Positions 55,901 to 64,000 of a stretch of DNA of 64,000 nt are shown piece after piece (positions within the stretch are counted from its first letter, which is position 1; every line of letters starts with the position of its first letter). The translations under genes and the position numbers were made by a program. The DNA is from Amoebidium appalachense (lineage: Eukaryota; Protista; Ichthyosporea): assembly GCA_963693365.1 (NCBI GenBank), contig CAVNZM010000005.1, positions 3,244,202-3,308,201 on the forward strand, written 5' to 3'. A model generated the notes under the pieces. That model did not search any database, was not told the origin of the DNA, and was given only the letters and a program-made list of their open reading frames with translations.

Positions 55901-58900
55901 CCACCTCCAAGACTACCACCACCACGACCAAGCCAACCACGACGACGAAGACCACCACAATCACCACCAAGCCAACCACCACCACCAAGACTACCACCAC
56001 CACCATCAAGTCTACTACTACAACCAAGACCGCCACCACCACCACAACCACAACCAAGCCAACAACTACCACAACAAAGACCACCACAACCACCACCACG
56101 AAGACCATCACGACCACCAAACCAACCACTACCACCACAAAAAAGACCACCACCACCACCACCAAACCTACTACTACCACCACGACGACTAAGCCAACAA
56201 CCACCACCACGAAGACTACTACCACCACCACGAAGTCTACTACCACAACGAAGGCTACCACCACCACCACCACAACCACAACCAAGCCAACAACTACCAC
56301 AACAAAGACCACCACAACCACCACCACGAAGACCATCACGACCACCAAACCAACCACTACCACCACAAAAAAGACCACCACCACCACCACCAAACCTACT
56401 ACTACCACCACGACGACTAAGCCAACAACCACCACCACGAAGACTACTACCACCACCACGAAGTCTACTACCACAACGAAGGCTACCACCACCACCAAAC
56501 CTACAACCACCACCACCACCACCACCACCACCACCACCAAACCAACCACCACAACGAAGACTTCCACCACCACGACCAAGTCTACTACTACAACCAAGAC
56601 CACCACCACAACCAAGCCTACCACTACCACCACAACCAAGACCACCACCACCACCACCAAGCCTACTACAACCACGACGACTAAGCCAACCACCACCACC
56701 ACCAAGCCTACAACCACCACCACAACCAAGCCAACAACCACCACAACGAAGACCACCACAACCACCACCAAGCCAACCACCACAACGAAGACTACCACCA
56801 CAACCACCAAGTCTACTACCACATCCAAGACCACCACCACCACCAAACCAACCACTACCACCACAACCAAGACCACCACCACCACCACCAAGCCTACCAC
56901 TACAACCACGACGACTAAGCCAACTACCACCACCACGAAGACTACTACCACCACCACGAAGTCTACTACCACAACGAAGGCTACCACCACCAAGCCTACA
57001 ACCACCACCACCACCACCACCACCACCAAACCAACCACCACAACGAAGACCTCCACCACCACCACAAAGTCTACTACTACAACCAAGACCACCACCACCA
57101 CCAAGCCTACCACTACCACCACAACCAAGACCACCACCACCACCACCAAGCCTACTACAACCACGACGACTAGGCCAACCACCACCACCACCAAGCCTAC
57201 AACCACCACCACAACCAAGCCAACAACCACCACAACGAAGACCACCACAACCACCACCAAGCCAACCACCACAACGAAGACTACCACCACAACCACTATT
57301 TCTACTACCACATCCAAGACCACCACCACCACCAAACCAACAACTACCACCACAACCAAGACCACCACCACCACCACCAAGCCTACCACTACAACCACGA
57401 CGACTAAGCCAACAACCACCACCACGAAGACTACCACTACCACCACCAAGTCTACTACCACAACGAAGACCATAACCACCACCAAGCCAACAACCACCAC
57501 CACCACCACCAAGCCTACTACCACCACCACAACCAAGCCCACAACCACCACAACGAAGACCACAACCACCACCAAGCCAACCACCACCACAAAGACTACC
57601 ACCACCACCATGTCTACTACCACAAGCAAGACTACCACCACCACCAAACCAACCACCACCACCACCACTAAGCCTACTACCACAACCACCACCAAGCCAA
57701 CCACCACCAAGCCTACCACTACCACCACAACCAAGACCACCACCACCACCACCAAGCCTACTACAACCACGACGACTAAGCCAACCACCACCACCACCAA
57801 GCCTACAACCACCACCACCACCAAGCCAACAACCACCACAACGAAGACCACCACAACCACCACCAAGCCAACCACCACAATGAAGACTACCACCACAACC
57901 ACCAAGTCTACTACCACATCCAAGACCACCACCACCACCAAACCAACCACTACCACCACAACCAAGACCACCACCACCACCACCAAGCCTACCACTACAA
58001 CCACGACGACTAAGCCAACCACCACCACCACGAAGACTACCACTACCACCACCAAGTCTACTACCACAACCAAGACCACCACCACCACCACCACCACGCC
58101 AACCACCACCACCACCACCAAGACAACCACCACCACCACCAAGCCTACTACCACCACCACAACCAAGCCCACAACCACCACAACGAAGACCACAACCACC
58201 ACCAAGCCAACCACCACCACAAAGACTACCACCACCACCACCATTTCTACTACCACAAGCAAGACTACCACCACCACCAAACCAACCACCACCACCACCA
58301 CTAAGCCTACTACCACGACCACCACCAAGCCAACCACCACCACGAAGACTACCACCACCAAGTCTACTACGGCAACCAAGACCACTACCACCACCAAACC
58401 AACAAGTACCACCACAACCAAGACCACCACCACCACCACCAAGCCTACTACAACCACGACGACTAAGCCAACAACCACCACCACCAAGCCTACGACCACC
58501 ACGACGACCAAGCCAACAACCACTACAACGAAGACCACCACAACCACCACCAAGCCAACCACCACCACGAAGACTACCACCACCACTACCACTACAACCA
58601 AGACCACCACCACCACCACCAAGCCTACCACTACCACCACAACGACTAAGCCAACCACCACCACCACGAAGACTACCACCACCACCACCAAGTCTACTAC
58701 CACAACGAACTTGAAGACCACCACCACCACCAAGCCAACCACCACCACCACCACCAAGCCTACAACCACCACCACAACTACCAAAACCTACCCGACTACC
58801 ACCACCACCACCACGACCAAGCCAACCACGACGACGAAGACCACCACAACCACCACCACCAAGTCTTCTTCTACAACAAAGACCACCACCACTAAGCCGA

Positions 58901-60588
58901 CAACTACCACCACCACCAAGCCTACCACTACAACGAAGACCACCACCACAACCACAAAGACAACGACTACCACAAAGACAACGACCAGCACGCCAACCAC
59001 CACCACGAAGACCACCACAACCACCACCAAGCCAACCACCACCACGAAGACTACCACCACCACCACCAAGTCTACTATTACAACCAAGACCACTACCACC
59101 ACCAAGCCAACCACCACCACCACCACCAAGCCAACAACCACCACCACAACCAAGCCAACAACCACCACATTGAAGACCACCACCACCACCACCACCAAGC
59201 CAACCACCACAACGAAGACCACCACCACCACCACAAAGACCACCACGACCACAACCAAAACCACTACCACCACCACCAAGCCTACCACTACCACCACCAC
59301 CAAGCCTACCACTACCACGACCACCAAGCCGACCACCACCACGACCACAATCAAGACCACTACCACCACCACCAAGCCTACCACCACAACCAAGCCAACA
59401 ACCACCACAACGAAGACCACCACCACCACCACCACCAAGCCAACCACTACAACCAAGACCACCACCACCACCACCAAGCCAACCACTACAACCAAGACCA
59501 CTACCACCACCACCAAGCCTACCACCACCACGACCACCAAGCCGACCACCACCACGACCACCAAGCCGACCACCACCACGACCACAACCAAGACCACCAC
59601 CACCACCACCAAGCCGACCACCACCACCACCACCAAGCCGACCACTACCACAAAGACCACCACGACCACAACCAAGACCACTACCACCACCACCAAGCCT
59701 ACCACCACCACGACCACCAAGCCGACCACCACCACGACCACAACCAAGACCACTACCACCACCACCAAGCCGACCACCACCACCACCACCAAGCCGACCA
59801 CTACCACAAAGACCACCACGACCACAACCAAGACCACTACCACCACAACCAAGCCTACCACCACCACGACCACAACCAAGCCTACCACCACCACGACCAC
59901 AACCAAGCCAACCACAACCACCACAACCACTACAAAGCCAACCACAACCACGAAGACCACTTCTACCACCACAAAGCCAACAACCACAACGCAAACTACC
60001 ACCACAACTACCAAAACCTACACCACCACCACTCCCACTACCACCACCACGAAGCCAACCAGCACCACCACCATCAAGCCAACCACCACAACAACAAAGA
60101 CCACCACCACCACAAGTCCCACCCCCACACCCCCAGGCTCCTATTGTGCGCTGTATGGGCAGAGCAACCCTGCGGGCAGTGTATCCGTCAGTGTCACTGG
60201 CAACCAGCTAACGGCATCATTAGATACATCCGGGGCAGTGGGTGGACCAATCGGTATCCAAGATTATCACGTGGCCATCGCGTGCGATCTTTCTGGAATT
60301 CCGGCAGCATCCGATGGCCAACCGATCCCAGGCCAATTTTCAAACTGCGGCTCGGCTACGTATCCAAATTGCGTGGGGGCTCAAACTGCCGCCGGGGGTT
60401 CTTCAACGGCAAGTCTCACGTTGAATGTTTCACCCCTCTCGTGTACCAACGCGGTTTTGGTTGTTCACTTCACGCTTGACAACGGGGAAACGGGTTTTGG
60501 GTGTGGCCGCTGCCTTCCCTCCAACCCTTGGTGCCAGTATCAGTTTAACTCCCCACGCTGGGCCTACTACATTCCTGTGCAGATTTAA
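46951..60588 (+). CDS. Giant secreted Thr/Lys/Pro-rich mucin-like protein with duplicated terminal Cys-rich domains, 2 exons, ~4005 aa
   Basis: Exon 1 46951-46996 (MAGKGVAALLSALHW G|GTAAGT) splices in phase 1 to ATGCAG|48617, giving signal peptide MAGKGVAALLSALHWAAVLG-NPVLR. Exon 2 48617-60588 is stop-free for ~12 kb. Homologous 8-Cys domains at ~48685-49143 and 60142-60585. Confidence 0.9.
49156..60135 (+). repeat. Coding low-complexity array (ACC/ACA/ACT/ACG with AAG/CCN), KPTTTT-type units
   Basis: Includes 33-bp GYPTKTTTTTT units at 49171-49290 (x4) and 49501-49650 (x5), plus higher-order blocks. Confidence 0.95.
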
Positions 60589-61354
60589 GGCCGTGTGATT
60601 GGATGCATATCATGCAAGGATGGATATGATCGGATGAGTACACTTGTATCTTATCAGAATACTATAGGATAAGAATGTGCTTGTATTTCATCAGGATTCC
60701 ATAGGATAGGAATGTGTTGTTTGATGTATTGGAGGACAGAAACTTCCCAAGCTGACGGTCTTGGACAACTATTCATACGTTTTCCCTGTGGGCAACACGT
60801 CTAGATTGCGGTTAAATAAATCGCCATTTTAGTGGAAACAGGTTTCTGATTGTGCTGTTACGTATCCCTCCATCTCCCCTCATTCTCTCTTTCTTCTGCT
60901 GCTTACACCACCGTTCCCTGCCCACACTCTTTTCTCTAAACACCCTCCCCCCCCCCCCCCCCCGCCCTTCCCCCTCCTCCCCCCCCTCCCACCGTTCCCC
61001 CCCTCCAACCCCCCCCCCCCCCCCCCCTTCCCTCCCCTCCCCCTTCCTCCCCGGCGTAGTCCCCCGACTTCTGCTACCTGCCCTCACAGCCCCTACCACC
61101 CATTGCACACACCCCCTCTTGCTTGCCTAGTCTCACTCCCCCCCCCCCCCCCCCCCCCCCAAGCACCACCCCATTCATGTTTGCAACCCCTTTCCAAGTC
61201 TCCTTCGTTTCTTTTCTTTTGTTGCATGCTATCACCCTCCTCCCCCACCTCTCCTCCCTCCCCTCTTCTCCCCCCCCCCCCCCCCCCGGGCCCCCTCGTA
61301 ATCTCCTTTGCAAATCTGTCAACTTAGTACATGTGTAGAGTGCACCCCCTCCAG

Positions 61355-61385
<31 letters not shown>

Positions 61386-62060
61386 TTGCCCCTCCCTCAA
61401 TTCTTTTTCTTCAAGTGCATCCGTCACCATCGATATCCTGATCCCTCCACACAAACGCCTCCCCCCGCCCCTCCTGCCTACCCGTTGATAAATTTTGAAG
61501 GACAAATTTTTTGGTGGTCCGTGTATGATATGCTCTTCTTATCCCTGGTCGTAAGGTAAACCCCTCCTTCCCCCCCCCCGGGCCGTCCACCCCCCCTCCC
61601 CCCCTCCCCTCCCTCCCCCCCCTCCCCCACCCGCCCTCACCCCCCCTACCCCCCCCCTTCCCCACTGCCCCCTCAACCCCCCCCCCCCCCCCCCAGCGTC
61701 TGGTCACTGAGCCCTTCTCGCATGCCACAAAATAATCACAGACACATATCTTTTATATCTTTTTATTACCCAAGGGCCCACCCAGTAATCACGGATACCT
61801 ATTAGTGCATGCTGGATAGAAGGAGCAAAGCCAATCGAACACACATGCACGGACACGTGTACGCACGCACCCACACATGCACGCACGTGCATATGAACAC
61901 GTACAGGCACGTGCGCACGCGCGCGCGCGCTCACACATACACACACACACACAAGCAAATGCACTGGGCCTACACTCATACACGCACACGCACACAATCA
62001 CACGCACACACACACAATCACACGCACACACACACATACACATGCACGCACACACGCACG

Positions 62061-62137
<77 letters not shown>

Positions 62138-62689
62138 ACACTTACACACAGACCCCTACACACATACACACACACACACACACATACATATGTACGCAAG
62201 AGCGAATACACACAGGCAGGCACACGCGCACACACACATACAGAGCAGCACTCACATACACACACACACCAACTGTTACACTCACACCCGTCACAACATC
62301 TCACATTATGCATGGTAAACTTGCACACCCTGACGAGAACACTTTGCATGAACGCAAAAGCGACCACCCGCAGTAACAGACACAATCCCTCCGCATCGCT
62401 GCAAATCCCCCCCCCCCCCCCCCCCCACCGCACCCCCTTTCACCCCTCTCCCTCCCCTCCACCCCCTCCCCCCCCCTGCCCCCCCCCCCCCCCCCCCCCC
62501 CCCGCCACCACCACCACCACCACCCGGACACACACGTGCTGCCAAACCACCACACAAACACCAATAACTGCCCACCCCCCGTCACCCGGCTGTTCCCCCC
62601 GTGCCCCAACCCCCGGGGGGAAGGGGCCCTGGGGGAGGGGGGGAGGGGGGGGGGGGGGGGGGGGGTGGGGGAGTGGGGGGAGTGGGGAA

Positions 62690-63020
62690 GTTCTTGACCG
62701 ACATAGACCCATAGGTTAAGGGAATCATAAGTCGCATCACATACAGTCCTGAAGCACAGTAAGTGATCTTATTCCACCACAATAAAGCAATACATCGATA
62801 AAAATATGGTTTTATGTGTGTCTGGGCCCTTTGTAAATGTGGGGGCACCATACCCCACCATCGGGCCTGTTGGCCACATTGTCACTCGGGGTCGAATCGT
62901 TCCCTGATTCACGTCATCACATCATATTTTGTCCAGTCAGGTGCAAGGGGAACTCTTTCATAGTTAGTGACCATAATTGAACGCCGGCTCGACCTCCATT
63001 GCCGAAATAGGAGGTAGACG
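62690..63020 (-). pseudogene. Degenerate coding relic, possibly LINE ORF2 C-terminal region
   Basis: PSVYLLFRQW...PDWTKYDVMT*IRERFDPE*QCGQQARWWGMVPPHLQ...LWWNK, followed by a frameshifted C...C...DSL segment. In-frame TGA codons could be decayed TGG. Confidence 0.25.
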
Positions 63021-63161
63021 GAAGGGTTTGGAAGATAGAATGGGAAGGACGGGAGCTCGAGGGGGGGAAGGGGGGAGGGGGGAGGGGGGGGGGGGGGGGG
63101 GCAGGGAGGGAAGGGGTGGGAGGGGGGAAGAAGAAAAGATGGTGTGCGTTGTTCAACGGTG

Positions 63162-63192
<31 letters not shown>

Positions 63193-64000
63193 GGGGGTGG
63201 GGGTGGGTGGGTGGGGGGGGGGGTGGAGGCAAAAGGGGAACAGATTTTTGCACTGGGGGGAAAGACGACATCCGTACACAGTGAACACTATCATGTCCAA
63301 TATATCGTTTTGCAGAAGAGACGTACTGTGATTAGAAAGGCTGAACGGGGGGGGATGTTGTAATACGTAGTATTTACATATGGTAAGATCTTCTCAGTTT
63401 GTGTTATGTTTCAGTTCATATGCTTAGTGTAAATGCCACACTCCTATTATGTAAAGTGTAGCATCGATCTCCGATATGCTTGTATACTTGTAATCGTGTT
63501 GTATCGGCTCTAATCGTGTATTGTGATATCGATTAGAATACTTATATGTGTGTACACGGATCCACCCACTCAGGGAGAGACGTGTACATGTTCGTGTGTA
63601 CATAAATATCTCTGGTTATAGTTATTCTATTACTATCTTGTTTGTTGATCTGTGCTCTCTTTTCCTTTCTCTTTCTCCTTCCTTATTTTCTTTTCTTTCT
63701 CTCCTTGTCTTCATGTGTATAATCGTATTTCTTTTCTACTAATATATGTTAGGTAGATTTGTGTTACTTAATACGTGTTCATTGGACGGTAACACACTAA
63801 GTAGGCTACACTTAGAATAGCATGTGTGTTTAGACTTCATTAATTCATTTTAGTTTTCATGTGTTGCCGGGTTTTAACCAATCATCAAGGTTAAGTGTGA
63901 TATGTCTGAGTCTTTGCAGTATGTCATAGGTTAGAACTTCCTTGATGATGACACGAGTTGATCTTAACTAGTGTCTGTGTCCTATCGTGTACGTCTCCGC

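Noticed and set aside
49272-60014. Long antisense ORFs (poly-Val, and the 1507-aa Gly/Cys/Leu ORF 55471-59994)
   Set aside because: Shadows of the ACC-rich sense repeat; the poly-Val frames end exactly at sense Tyr codons and have no independent features.

Overview
Eukaryotic genomic DNA with GT-AG introns, TATA and CCAAT boxes. Introns and intergenic DNA are saturated with poly-G/poly-C tracts and (CA)n/(GA)n microsatellites, so most entries in the ORF track are spurious. Manual splicing with phase checks gives five intact genes: (1) an intronless 179-aa Cys-rich peptide precursor with two twin-CX3C modules (8927-9466, -), with a truncated pseudogene paralogue inside a local segmental duplication; (2) a six-exon, 501-aa alpha-arrestin with a PPPY motif (13178-20251, -); (3) a two-exon, 482-aa secreted glycoprotein of unknown function (25259-27102, +); (4) a two-exon, 476-aa WS/DGAT acyltransferase with HHVIGDG (38076-39917, +); (5) a two-exon, ~4005-aa secreted 'dumbbell' protein (46951-60588, +), with two homologous 8-Cys domains separated by ~3,660 aa of Thr/Lys/Pro repeats. 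Mobile DNA comprises two hAT-type MITEs, a Sola2-like foldback MITE, several LINE 3'-end fragments and a possible decayed SWIM-finger gene. The most promising novel items are the giant basic mucin (candidate adhesive or cross-linker) and the twin-CX3C peptide precursor. The organism cannot be identified from this window; the PPxY alpha-arrestin is compatible with an opisthokont-like microbial eukaryote (inference). No rRNA, tRNA or CRISPR array was seen. No database searches were run.
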